From contig JBEGVH010000030.1 in the NCBI GenBank assembly GCA_041178425.1, positions 64,001 through 128,000 on the forward strand: DNA of 64,000 bases, given 5' to 3'. The DNA is from Pseudomonadota bacterium. GTDB taxonomy: Bacteria > Bdellovibrionota > Bdellovibrionia > Bdellovibrionales > Bdellovibrionaceae. Position numbers and translations under genes: made by a program. Below the pieces are notes generated by a model. It had not been told where the DNA came from. It searched no databases and worked only from the letters and a program-made list of their open reading frames with translations. Each line of letters starts with the position of its first letter. The first letter of the stretch is position 1. Of the stretch, positions 20,186 to 30,138 are shown one piece after another.

Positions 20186-20836
20186 ATGAGAAAAGGGATT
20201 TTTCTCCTTGTCGCCTTCATATATCTATCCGGTTGTGGACACATGGCTCGCTCCACCCAAAGTGGTTATTACTCAAGCCAAGACTCAAATGAATTTGCAA
20301 GAACCCCTCAAAGCGAGCAGTTCACTCAAGCCAATCTTACCAGGATCCTTGCTGAACAAGGCATGACGGTGGACGACCTTAAAACCGATGAGGGCTTCGT
20401 TAAAGTTCAAAATGCGCTCGAAATTAAAAAACTAGAAGCGCGTATGACCACAGAGCGAGAAAAGAAACAGTATTATAAAACTCTTCCTTGGCTCAAAGAT
20501 GAAAACGAACAGGTCGAATTTTTAAGGCAAGGTGGTTATTTTGCTCGGCAAGCATGGATTCGAAAAAGAGGAATCGGAAAAAGATCCACAGAAATAGACA
20601 AAGCCCAAGAAGATATGGTTGCAACCAAAGATATCTCGGTGGGAATGCCCAACGAATTAGTTCGTCGGAGCTGGGGAGCCCCTGATTCCATTGATGTTGC
20701 CGGTAACCCCATTTACGGTAACGAACGATGGCGATATAAGAGATACACTCCTTCGCCTGACGGTTACCGTCTTCAAAGCCGCATCATCTATTTTGAGTCA
20801 GGAAAGGTCGTTGGCTGGGAACAAGTTGACCACTAA
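20186..20836 (+). CDS. Lipoprotein with C-terminal SmpA/BamE-like fold, function unknown
   Basis: AGGAG RBS; lipobox LSGC; GM....V..SWG.P...ERWRY...IYFESGKVVGW pattern. Confidence 0.65.
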   Translation: MRKGIFLLVAFIYLSGCGHMARSTQSGYYSSQDSNEFARTPQSEQFTQANLTRILAEQGMTVDDLKTDEGFVKVQNALEIKKLEARMTTEREKKQYYKTLPWLKDENEQVEFLRQGGYFARQAWIRKRGIGKRSTEIDKAQEDMVATKDISVGMPNELVRRSWGAPDSIDVAGNPIYGNERWRYKRYTPSPDGYRLQSRIIYFESGKVVGWEQVDH

Positions 20837-20907
20837 ATAGGCTACATAAAATAAGATCACACCAATAACTATTGATTCCCGTTCGTTTTCATGGTGAACG
20901 TTCCATC

Positions 20908-22743
20908 GTGACACTCTTACAACTCGTGCAAGGCACTAAGCAATTTGGCTCGAAGCTTCTCTTTGACGGAGCCACCTTTTCTATTAATGAGGGTGAACAT
21001 GTCGGCGTTATTGGCCCCAATGGTGCTGGTAAAACTACTCTTTTTAAAATTTTGGTAGGCAGAGAATCTCTCGACTCTGGTCAAATCGTTAAAACCAATG
21101 GACTTCGTTTAGGATACCTCGAGCAAGAGTCTGATTGGGCTCACCTTGATTTAACCCCCGAAGAGTATTTTAATTCGCGGACTGGTCACGGCTGGCCTAT
21201 TTGGGAAATCAAACAATGGGCTTACCGCCTTGGACTCACAGAAACTATGTTTTCAAAGCGCTTTCGTGAATTTTCTGGTGGATTCCGAATGCGATTCAAA
21301 CTCCTCGACCTCATCAGCCAAGACCCACATTTGATGCTTCTCGATGAACCCACAAACTTTCTCGATCTAGAAACACTTCTTGTTCTTGAGACTTTTTTGC
21401 AAGACTTTAAAGGTGCGTTTCTTTTAATTTCACACGATCGTGAGTTTCTTAAACAAGTAGCCGATCACACACTCGAAGTAGAAGCGGGTGATATTCAGAA
21501 GTTCCCAGGTACCATTGATGATTATTTTGAAACCAAAGAGCAACTGAGAGAAAATCTTGAAAAGCAACAGGCCAATCTCGAGGTTCGACGAAAACACTTG
21601 CAGGACTTCATCGATCGATTCAGAGCGAAAGCAACCAAAGCCAAACAAGCCCAGTCACGGGTTAAAAGACTCGAAAAAATGGAGTCTATCGAAGTTAAAC
21701 CACTCCCTGTGAGAGCTCAAATTCCCATTCCTCCGCCCTCACCCACTGGAAAAGAAATTGTTGCGATTTCAGGTGCCAAAATCGGTTATTCAAAAGAACA
21801 GGCCATTTTGCAAGGAGTGAACCTTCAGCTTCGTCGAGGCGACCACCTCGGGATTGTTGGAGTCAATGGAGCCGGAAAATCTACTTTATTAAAAACGCTT
21901 GCCGGACAGCTTCCTCTTTTTGAAGGTGAATTCAACTTAGGATATCAGGTCAGTTGGAGTTACTACGCCCAGCATTCGGCGGATCAGTTAGGTCTTCAAG
22001 ATACCGTGATGGAAGCTCTCATTAAGGCCGCGCACCCTTCTGTTACCCAACAAGAAGTTTTAAATCTTGCCGGTGCACTCCTTTTTTCGGGTGAAGCCGT
22101 AAACAAAAAAATTCATATCCTTTCAGGGGGAGAAAAATCAAGAGTCGCTCTTGGTCAGGTCTTACTAAAGAAAAGCCCCCTCCTCCTTCTTGATGAACCA
22201 ACCAACCATTTAGACTTTGATACTGTTGAGGCGCTCACTCAGGCTCTTTCCACTTTCGAGGGAAGTCTTGTGGTTGTGAGCCACGACCGATCTTTTATTC
22301 GCCGGGTGGCGAGCAAAATTCTCGAAATTCGCAATGGCCGAGTACAATTCTATCCAGGAACTTATGACGAATATGTTTGGAGCTTGGAGAAAGGCGTTCT
22401 TGCTGAAATTCTGACGGCAAACTCTGGTGGGACCGAGAAAACCGAAACTCCAAATAATCCCAAAGGCACCACAAGCGAGAAAACCGTCTCCTCTTATGAA
22501 GAGCGAAAACGGCTCGAGAGCGAACGCAAAAAAATCGAAAAAGAGTCTCTACGTTTAGAAAAGCTGATGAATGAACTCACCGAGCAGCAGTCTCAACTGA
22601 ATCATCAGTTGAGTTCTGCTCCCTCGTCTGAGATAGCGACCCTTTCAACCCAGCTCACCGATGTCAGCCAAAAACTGGTGGAGGCTGAAGAAAGTTATCT
22701 TTTGGCTCTCGAAAAGCTCGATACTATTCTAAAATCAAAGTGA
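20908..22743 (+). CDS. ABC-F family ATPase (Uup/YheS-like; likely GTG start 20908)
   Basis: Two ABC domains (GPNGAGKT, FSGG, LLDEPTN; GVNGAGKS, LSGGE, LLDEPTN); no TM segments; C-terminal coiled coil. Confidence 0.92.
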   Translation: MTLLQLVQGTKQFGSKLLFDGATFSINEGEHVGVIGPNGAGKTTLFKILVGRESLDSGQIVKTNGLRLGYLEQESDWAHLDLTPEEYFNSRTGHGWPIWEIKQWAYRLGLTETMFSKRFREFSGGFRMRFKLLDLISQDPHLMLLDEPTNFLDLETLLVLETFLQDFKGAFLLISHDREFLKQVADHTLEVEAGDIQKFPGTIDDYFETKEQLRENLEKQQANLEVRRKHLQDFIDRFRAKATKAKQAQSRVKRLEKMESIEVKPLPVRAQIPIPPPSPTGKEIVAISGAKIGYSKEQAILQGVNLQLRRGDHLGIVGVNGAGKSTLLKTLAGQLPLFEGEFNLGYQVSWSYYAQHSADQLGLQDTVMEALIKAAHPSVTQQEVLNLAGALLFSGEAVNKKIHILSGGEKSRVALGQVLLKKSPLLLLDEPTNHLDFDTVEALTQALSTFEGSLVVVSHDRSFIRRVASKILEIRNGRVQFYPGTYDEYVWSLEKGVLAEILTANSGGTEKTETPNNPKGTTSEKTVSSYEERKRLESERKKIEKESLRLEKLMNELTEQQSQLNHQLSSAPSSEIATLSTQLTDVSQKLVEAEESYLLALEKLDTILKSK

Positions 22744-22762
22744 TCGCCGCAAAAGCGGCTTA

Positions 22763-25324
22763 TCAATGGGCGGCATCCCAATTAGAGCCGATACCACCAT
22801 TCACTTTGAGCGGCACTTTTAATTGAACAACAGTTTCCATTCGCTCAACGAGGATGGCCATCAAGTCTGAGGCTTTTTCTTGATCACACTCAAAAAGCAA
22901 TTCATCGTGCACTTGGAGAAGCATCGTGGCCTCATTGACATCAGCTACCGCCAACATAGCTTTTTTCACAATATCACTCGCCGCACTTTGAACCGGAGCA
23001 TTGATAGCCGCGCGCTCTCCGAACTTTCTCACCATAGCATTGTTCGCTTTCAACTCGCGAAGAATTCTCTTGCGACCAAAAATATTTGTCACAAAGCCAT
23101 GCTTCTTAGCTTCAGCGATGGTGTGTTCCATGTAGTCCTGAACGCGATGAAACCTAGTAAAGTAGCGTTTAATGATATCTTGGGCTTCGGTGCGACTGAT
23201 GCCAAGGTTTTCTGCGAGGCCGTAGGCCCCTTGACCGTAGGCAATACCGAAGTTGATGGCCTTTGCTGTTCTTCTCATATCAGAAGTTACATCTTTTATC
23301 GCCACCTCAAAAACTTCGCTCGCCGTGGCCGCATGGATGTCTTGCCCCTCAGAAAATGCCCTACAGAGTCCTGGATCATCAGACAAGTGCGCTAAAACTC
23401 TCAACTCAATCTGCGAATAATCTAGCGACAACAATCGTCGCCCGGAAGGGGCGATAAATGCTTGGCGTATCGCATGTCCGCGAGGCGTTCTAATAGGAAT
23501 ATTCTGTAAATTCGGTTGTGTCGAAGACAGCCGGCCTGTCGTTGTGAGAGCTTGATTAAAATGAGTGTGTATACGATGAGTTCCCGGATCGACAAGAACA
23601 GGAAGCGCATCAACATAGGTCGATTTGAGCTTTGATAACTCCCTGAATTCCAATACCAGAGGCACCATAGGATGAACCTCTTTGAGCTTATCTAAAACCT
23701 CATTATCTGTTGAATAACCAGTTTTTGTTTTTTTACCAGCCGGAAGGCCCAACTTTTCAAAGAGAATGTTAGCCAATTGCTTTGGCGAAGCAATATTAAA
23801 CGAGCTCCCTGCCAATTCGCAAATTTTCTGCTCTAGCTTTTGAATTTCTAGTGCTAGCCCATCACTTTGCTCCAGCAACATTGAAAGATTAAGGAGTATG
23901 CCTGCTTGTTCCATGCCTAGAAGTATGGGTGCAATGGGCAACTCAATCTCGTTGAGTAGCTGATGAAACTGATTGTGCTCAATCTCTAATAACAGCTTGT
24001 GATGAAGCTCCTTATGAAAGGCATATTCTTCTGAGGGAGTACAAAAAGGAGGAACATTCTTGAGTAAAAATTCCGAAACGGTCTCAGCAAAAGTACCCAC
24101 CTGATCAGTCTTTATGAGATAGGCCGCCAACTGGGAATCCCAGGCGATTCGTGGCTTTAAAATTCCCATATCACGCCAGAACGATTTGAGATCAAATCCG
24201 GAATACTCAAGATTCTTCTCTGAAAGTATTTGGCCCCAATCCTTTAAATCGGAGTTAAAGATCCAAATATTTTCCTCATGCACCAGGTAATGGGCTCGGT
24301 CATTACTAAAACACCACACCTTACTTTGGGCAGGCAATAACTGACTGAGTTCAACCTTATTCGGTGTTAATTCGTTGAGTTTCGGAACCGGCTCAGAACT
24401 CACACTTTGAGAACCAAGGGTCGGAGCCTCGAGCGGTATACCAAGTTCATCATGAGTTGGAGTGTCTATGAGCTTTTGATTTAATAAGGTTTTTTCAAAA
24501 GTTTTAAAATTTAATTCTCGAAGCAAACTTCCAAGTTCATCCTGTTTTGGCTGACCGGGTTTAAGGGCCTCTAAATTATCTGCCAATGGAACATTAGTTA
24601 CGATAGTCACCAAATGTTGAGACAAATACGCCATCTCTTTATTCGTGAGAAGCTTTTCACGAAGACTTGCGCTTTTGATAGAATCAATATTCTGATAAAT
24701 CCCATCAAGAGTGCCAAAATCTCCGAGCAATTTTTCGGCGGTTTTTGGACCAATCCCCGCAACTCCCGGAACATTATCTGAAGCATCACCAATAAGTGCT
24801 AAGTAATCGATGAATTGATCAGGACGAATTCCCCATTTTGCCTTTACGCCATCAACATCAATTCGTGCGTCTTTCATCGTATCCAAGAGAATCACTCCAG
24901 GTCGCACTAATTGACCGAAGTCTTTATCTCCACTCACGATGACCACCTGACAATGGTGTTTGTGCCCCATCTCTGCGAGCGTGCCTATGAGATCATCGGC
25001 CTCATAACCCTGAACCTCGAAGGCCGGAATACTCATCGCCTCAACTAATTTTTTAATATAAGGAATCTGTGGAATGAGATCGGGAGGAGTTTCGGTCCGA
25101 TGAGCTTTATACTCGGGATAAATCTCTTTTCGAAAAGAGGGCGTTGGCAAGTCGTAGCAAAAAGCCAAATAATCGGGCTTTTCGTCTTTGAGAAGCTTCA
25201 CAATCATCGAAGTAAAACCATAAATCGCGTTGGTCGGCATTCCCGATGGCGACGTTAGGGACCGAACGGCGTAAAAGGCACGAAAAAACATTGAACTAAC
25301 ATCAACCAAATAGAGTTTTTTCAT
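22763..25324 (-). CDS. polA: DNA polymerase I
   Basis: 5'-3' exonuclease (EADD, SGDKD, GDASDNVPGV); Pol A motifs TGRLSS.QPNLQNIP, DYSQIELR, KAINFGIAYG and QVHDEL. Confidence 0.97.
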   Translation of the reverse strand: MKKLYLVDVSSMFFRAFYAVRSLTSPSGMPTNAIYGFTSMIVKLLKDEKPDYLAFCYDLPTPSFRKEIYPEYKAHRTETPPDLIPQIPYIKKLVEAMSIPAFEVQGYEADDLIGTLAEMGHKHHCQVVIVSGDKDFGQLVRPGVILLDTMKDARIDVDGVKAKWGIRPDQFIDYLALIGDASDNVPGVAGIGPKTAEKLLGDFGTLDGIYQNIDSIKSASLREKLLTNKEMAYLSQHLVTIVTNVPLADNLEALKPGQPKQDELGSLLRELNFKTFEKTLLNQKLIDTPTHDELGIPLEAPTLGSQSVSSEPVPKLNELTPNKVELSQLLPAQSKVWCFSNDRAHYLVHEENIWIFNSDLKDWGQILSEKNLEYSGFDLKSFWRDMGILKPRIAWDSQLAAYLIKTDQVGTFAETVSEFLLKNVPPFCTPSEEYAFHKELHHKLLLEIEHNQFHQLLNEIELPIAPILLGMEQAGILLNLSMLLEQSDGLALEIQKLEQKICELAGSSFNIASPKQLANILFEKLGLPAGKKTKTGYSTDNEVLDKLKEVHPMVPLVLEFRELSKLKSTYVDALPVLVDPGTHRIHTHFNQALTTTGRLSSTQPNLQNIPIRTPRGHAIRQAFIAPSGRRLLSLDYSQIELRVLAHLSDDPGLCRAFSEGQDIHAATASEVFEVAIKDVTSDMRRTAKAINFGIAYGQGAYGLAENLGISRTEAQDIIKRYFTRFHRVQDYMEHTIAEAKKHGFVTNIFGRKRILRELKANNAMVRKFGERAAINAPVQSAASDIVKKAMLAVADVNEATMLLQVHDELLFECDQEKASDLMAILVERMETVVQLKVPLKVNGGIGSNWDAAH

Positions 25325-25413
25325 AGTAAATCCTGAAGAAATTTAATTAAAACCAACCCTAATTCGCCCTTCATTCCCTAGCAAGCGGAAAATAAGGCTG
25401 CCGTGACGAACTG

Positions 25414-28400
25414 TTACAGATTTGGAGCAAGCCATCGACGATTGAACTCTCGCTCAGAATGACTTTGTTCGCCAAAACTAGTGAGCTGATCTTCGCCTAT
25501 TCTGCCAACATGAAAGTATTTTGCCTTGGGATGAGAAAAGTAAAATCCACTCACAGAGCTAGGAGGATAGATAGCACAAGACTCAGTGAGCGTTGCACCA
25601 ATAGAAGATTCCACCTGAAGAAGCTTCCATATTTTTTGTTTATGGCGATGATCTGGGCAGGCAGGATAACCTGGCGCCGGACGAATGCCCCGATATTTCT
25701 CACTAATCAAATCGTCGTTGGAGAGGTTTTCTCCTACTCCATAGCCCCAATGCTCACGCGCCTTCTTGTGCATATACTCCGTTGCCGCCTCCGCCAAGCG
25801 ATCACCAAGCGCTTTTACCATGAGAGCTTTATAAGTATCGCCTTCTCGTTCGTAGGTCTTGGCTAGGTCTTCTACTTCAGCGCCGACCGTCACCGCAAAT
25901 GCACCAAGAAAATCAATTTTTTCGCTCTCAGCAGGAACAATAAAATCAGCCAGACTGTAACAGATTTCTTTTTCTTTTTGTTGCCTTAAAAAAGTAAACT
26001 CTTCAATCGATGGTTCTTTAGTTTTATCCCAAAGATAAATTGTTTCCCGGTTTGAATACGCTTTCCAGAACCCGAGGACTGCTTTTGGTTTAAAGAGCTC
26101 GCCATCAGCAATTTCATTGAGAAGCACCAGGGCCTCCTCATGCAGTTTTTTTGCTTCTGCTCCACGATCTGGATGTTGAAGCAAATAGGGATAGACCCCT
26201 TTTAGTTCCCATGCCCAAAAAAATGGAGACCAATCGATATAGGGAATTAACGACTTCACCGATAGATCTTCGTACCTTTTGATGCCTAAAAAATCAGGCG
26301 TAGGAGGCAAATAAGAAACATCATCACCTATAAAGCGGCGGTCTCGGGCTTGTTCAATAGTTAACAAAGGCTCTGCCTCGAGTTTTGATTTTTCAAACGA
26401 CTCTCTAATGAGATTTTGGCGGGCCTTCAAATTTTCGATATATTCTTTTCGAGTGTCGATCTTACTGAGCTGATTACAAACATCCACCACAAGCGATGCA
26501 TCGGCGACGTGAACAACAGGCCCCGAATAATGTGGAGCAATTTTAACGGCCGTATGCACTGAACTGGTTGTGGCTCCGCCTATTAAGAGGGGAATTTTTA
26601 AATTACTTTTTTCTAATTGTGAAGCATTGTGAATCATCTCTTCGAGCGAGGGCGTAATCAAACCGCTCAGTCCAATAAAGTCAGCCTCGTTCTTTTGAGC
26701 CTCAGCAATAATTTTATCCCAAGAAACCATCACACCAAGATCAATTACGCGGTAACCGTTACAGGCGAGAACAACCGAAACAATGTTTTTACCAATATCG
26801 TGAACATCACCTTTCACAGTCGCAATTAGAAAAGTTCCCTGCTTTTGTTGTGCACTCTCGGCCTTGGCTTTTTCCATGAGGGGCTCCAACACCCCAACGG
26901 CTTTTTTCATGACTCTTGCTGTTTTTACCACTTGAGGTAAAAACATTTTACCCGCCCCGAACAAGGCCCCAACGGCCTTCATTCCTTCCATCAATGGGCC
27001 TTCGATCACACTCAATGGGGTCTTATATTTTTCGAGGGCCTCCAACACATCCTCATTGATGTGGGCATCGATTCCCTTAATGAGAGCCAAACGTAATCGT
27101 TCTTCAACAGCAGCAAAGCGCCATTGACTTGATTCTTCAGGAGCAGAATCTTTTTTCTCTAACGGCCTATGGGTCTGCGCCCATGCCAATAAGTCTTCGG
27201 TGGCACGAGGTGAACGATTAAGGACTAAATTCTCGATTTTATTTCGCAGCTCGGAATCGAGTTGATCGTAGATACCGAGCATTCCAGCATTGACGATCCC
27301 CATATCTAGTCCATTTTGGATGCCATAATAGAGAAACACACAGTGCATGGCCTCGCGAATATGATTTTGCCCGCGAAACGAAAAAGAAACGTTGGAAATT
27401 CCACCACTAGTGAGAGCGCCCGGGCAACAGCTCTTAATTTGTGCCACGGCCTCAATAAAATTCAGAGCGTAGTTGTTGTGCTCTTCAATTCCAGTGCCGA
27501 TGGTGAGAACATTGGGATCAAAAATTAAATCGCAAGGATCAAAACCCAATTCATCGACCCAGATTTTGTAAACACGTTCGCAAATGGAGACTTTGTGCTC
27601 AAGCTCTACCGCTTGGCCTTGCTCATCAAAGGCCATAACAACGGCCGCAGCACCAAATTTTTGCAAGATGCGAGCCTGTTTTTTAAAGGCCTCAACACCC
27701 TCCTTTAAACTGAGACTGTTGACGATCCCTTTACCTTGCAAACATTTAAGGCCCGTCTCAAGAACAGACCATTTTGAGCTGTCGATCATTATTGGAACCC
27801 TTGTGATATCGGGCTCTGCGGCAACAAGTTTTAAAAATCTCTCCATCGAGGCCTCACTATCGATAAGGCCTTCGTCAAAATTAATATCGATAATGTTGGC
27901 GCCATTCAGAACCTGTTGCCGAGCCACCTCAATGGCAGCCTCAAAGTTCCCCTCTTTAATATATCGGGCAAAAACGGGCGATCCCGTCACATTCGTGCGC
28001 TCACCCACCATCAGAAAAGTTTTGTCGCCATAAGAGCTGATATTCAATGACTCAAGCCCTGCCAATCTCGTCTGACTTGCAAGCAAAGGAATAGCTCTTG
28101 GCACTACAGGGGCTAATTCTTCAACAATTCTTTTGATATGTGGAGGCGTTGTACCACAACAACCACCTACGATATTGAGCCAACCCTCTTTGGCAAAATC
28201 CAACAGAGTTGTGGCAAGCATCTCCGGCGTTTCATCGTAACCGGTAGGGCTCAAAGGATTAGGTAAACCAGCGTTTGGATAACAGCTCACATAGCAATCG
28301 GCAATTTTTGAGAGCTCCGCTAAAAAGGGCCGCATTTCTTTTGCACCCAAAGCACAATTCATTCCCACCGCAAGTGGCTTTGCATGCCGTACGCTATTCC

Positions 28401-29091
28401 AAAAAGCTTCGACGGTTTGCCCTGAAAGAGTTCGCCCGGATTGATCAGTGATGGTGACAGACAAAATTAGATCTTTATGGATGCCAGTGTCTTCTTCGAA
28501 TTTTTTAATCGCATAGATACAGGCCTTCATATTTAAGGTATCAAAACTTGTTTCAGGCAGCAGAAGATCAACTCCGCCCGCTACGAGCGCCGCCACTTGG
28601 TCGTAATAGTTTTTAACCATTTCATCAAAGCTGACCTCACGAAAACCGGGATCAGTCACCTTGGGCGAAAGCGACAGCGTCTTATTTGTTGGCCCAATGG
28701 CTCCCGCCACAAAGCAAGGGCGGGAGTGACTCTTCTGATACTCAAGCACCGCCTCCTTCGCCAATCGTGCTGAATTAAAATTCATCTCATAGACATGGTC
28801 TTGCAAACCGTAATCCGATTGGGAAATAACAGTTCCATTAAAACTATTAGTCTCAATAATATCAGCTCCAGCTTCGAGATAACGGCGATGAATTTCTTTT
28901 ATGAGCTCTGGGCGGGTGATACAGAGAAGATCATTGTTACCCTTGAGATCGCTGGGGTGATTCGCGAAGCGATCTCCTCGATAATCGGATTCCTTTAACT
29001 GATAGGTTTGCACCATGGTACCAAAAGCACCATCAAGAAAAACGATGCGGTTTTTGAGAAGTTCTCGGAGACCTGAATTTTTAGAGTTCAT
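25414..29091 (-). CDS. metH: Cobalamin-dependent methionine synthase
   Basis: GGCCGT homocysteine domain; pterin domain GERTNVTGS; B12 motif GDVHDIGKNIV; activation domain RPAPGYPACPDH. Confidence 0.98.
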   Translation of the reverse strand: MNSKNSGLRELLKNRIVFLDGAFGTMVQTYQLKESDYRGDRFANHPSDLKGNNDLLCITRPELIKEIHRRYLEAGADIIETNSFNGTVISQSDYGLQDHVYEMNFNSARLAKEAVLEYQKSHSRPCFVAGAIGPTNKTLSLSPKVTDPGFREVSFDEMVKNYYDQVAALVAGGVDLLLPETSFDTLNMKACIYAIKKFEEDTGIHKDLILSVTITDQSGRTLSGQTVEAFWNSVRHAKPLAVGMNCALGAKEMRPFLAELSKIADCYVSCYPNAGLPNPLSPTGYDETPEMLATTLLDFAKEGWLNIVGGCCGTTPPHIKRIVEELAPVVPRAIPLLASQTRLAGLESLNISSYGDKTFLMVGERTNVTGSPVFARYIKEGNFEAAIEVARQQVLNGANIIDINFDEGLIDSEASMERFLKLVAAEPDITRVPIMIDSSKWSVLETGLKCLQGKGIVNSLSLKEGVEAFKKQARILQKFGAAAVVMAFDEQGQAVELEHKVSICERVYKIWVDELGFDPCDLIFDPNVLTIGTGIEEHNNYALNFIEAVAQIKSCCPGALTSGGISNVSFSFRGQNHIREAMHCVFLYYGIQNGLDMGIVNAGMLGIYDQLDSELRNKIENLVLNRSPRATEDLLAWAQTHRPLEKKDSAPEESSQWRFAAVEERLRLALIKGIDAHINEDVLEALEKYKTPLSVIEGPLMEGMKAVGALFGAGKMFLPQVVKTARVMKKAVGVLEPLMEKAKAESAQQKQGTFLIATVKGDVHDIGKNIVSVVLACNGYRVIDLGVMVSWDKIIAEAQKNEADFIGLSGLITPSLEEMIHNASQLEKSNLKIPLLIGGATTSSVHTAVKIAPHYSGPVVHVADASLVVDVCNQLSKIDTRKEYIENLKARQNLIRESFEKSKLEAEPLLTIEQARDRRFIGDDVSYLPPTPDFLGIKRYEDLSVKSLIPYIDWSPFFWAWELKGVYPYLLQHPDRGAEAKKLHEEALVLLNEIADGELFKPKAVLGFWKAYSNRETIYLWDKTKEPSIEEFTFLRQQKEKEICYSLADFIVPAESEKIDFLGAFAVTVGAEVEDLAKTYEREGDTYKALMVKALGDRLAEAATEYMHKKAREHWGYGVGENLSNDDLISEKYRGIRPAPGYPACPDHRHKQKIWKLLQVESSIGATLTESCAIYPPSSVSGFYFSHPKAKYFHVGRIGEDQLTSFGEQSHSEREFNRRWLAPNL

Positions 29092-29093
29092 TT

Positions 29094-30041
29094 TTAAAGA
29101 CCTAACTTTTTTATCACTTCAACAACGTGCTTAGCATCATTCATAACGTAAAAATGCAGAACAGGAGCCCCCGCCTCTAAGAGTTCTCGGCACTGTTTGA
29201 GACAATGGCGTTGTCCGATCTCCAAAGTGTGCCGAGGATTCGCCAAAATTTCTTCGGTGAGATCAACTGGAAGGTCGACATTAAATGTTTTTGGAATTCT
29301 CTTTAGCTGAGCGGGAGAATGCAAGAGTTTAAGGCCCGGCACAATGGGAACACTAATACCTGCTTCATCACAAGCTTTCTTGAAGCTTAAATAGTGTCTT
29401 GTTTCAAAAAACATTTGAGTCACAATATATTGAGCTCCTCGATCAACCTTCTCTTTGAGGTACATAATGTCCGTAGATAAATTAGGAGCTTCGATATGTT
29501 TCTCTGGATACCCTGCAACTCCCACGCAGAAATCGATGGGATTGGAGCTCTCCAGATCTTGCAAGTACTTACCTCGTCGCAAGTCAGCTAGCTGCTCTAC
29601 TAAATCGGCCGCATAATTGTTTGCCGATCGATCGGCTGAAATTCTTTTGACGTAATTGGGAGAATCACCACGAAGAGCAAGAACATTTTCAACCCCTAGA
29701 TATTGAAGCTCAATCAAAGCGTCTTCTGTTTCTTCTTTTGTAAAACCCTGGCACAAAATGTGCGCAACAGTGTCAATTTTGAATCGATTTTGAATAACTC
29801 CACAAATACCGATTGTGCCCGGTCGTTTGCGCGAGATACGGCGCTGAAAAATACCATCTCCTTGATCAAAGAGGTCAGCATGCGAGGCGTGGGCCGTTAC
29901 ATCGATCCAAGAGGGGTTGAGTGGAAGCAAGTCTTCCACAATGTCTATGATGTCTTTCACCGTTTTTCCACGCGCAGGAGGAACAATTTCAAAACTCAAG
30001 AGTGGACGCTTTGATTGGTTTAAATGCTCGATGACCTTCAT
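29094..30041 (-). CDS. metF: 5,10-methylenetetrahydrofolate reductase
   Basis: SFEIVPP, LALRGD, VAGYPEKH, TQMFF and LHFY motifs; 2 nt upstream of metH. Confidence 0.93.
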   Translation of the reverse strand: MKVIEHLNQSKRPLLSFEIVPPARGKTVKDIIDIVEDLLPLNPSWIDVTAHASHADLFDQGDGIFQRRISRKRPGTIGICGVIQNRFKIDTVAHILCQGFTKEETEDALIELQYLGVENVLALRGDSPNYVKRISADRSANNYAADLVEQLADLRRGKYLQDLESSNPIDFCVGVAGYPEKHIEAPNLSTDIMYLKEKVDRGAQYIVTQMFFETRHYLSFKKACDEAGISVPIVPGLKLLHSPAQLKRIPKTFNVDLPVDLTEEILANPRHTLEIGQRHCLKQCRELLEAGAPVLHFYVMNDAKHVVEVIKKLGL

Positions 30042-30045
30042 TCAT

Positions 30046-30088
30046 AGACCTCTTCTCTTGGGCGGTTCTACCCAAGAATAACGGGTCT
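30046..30088 (-). promoter_or_regulatory. Hairpin overlapping the metF ribosome-binding site
   Basis: mRNA AGACC-cguuau-UCUUGGGU-agaacc-GCCCAAGA-gaaga-GGUCU; the outer stem covers the GG of the GAGG SD. Confidence 0.4.
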
Positions 30089-30138
30089 GTAACCAAAAAT
30101 TGAAGCATTTTCCAATGTTCAGAAAACGCCTCTTATGG

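Noticed and set aside
22746..22759. GCCGC-AAAA-GCGGC hairpin between the convergent ABC-F and polA genes
   Set aside because: Only a 5-bp core with no U-tract; too weak to call a terminator.
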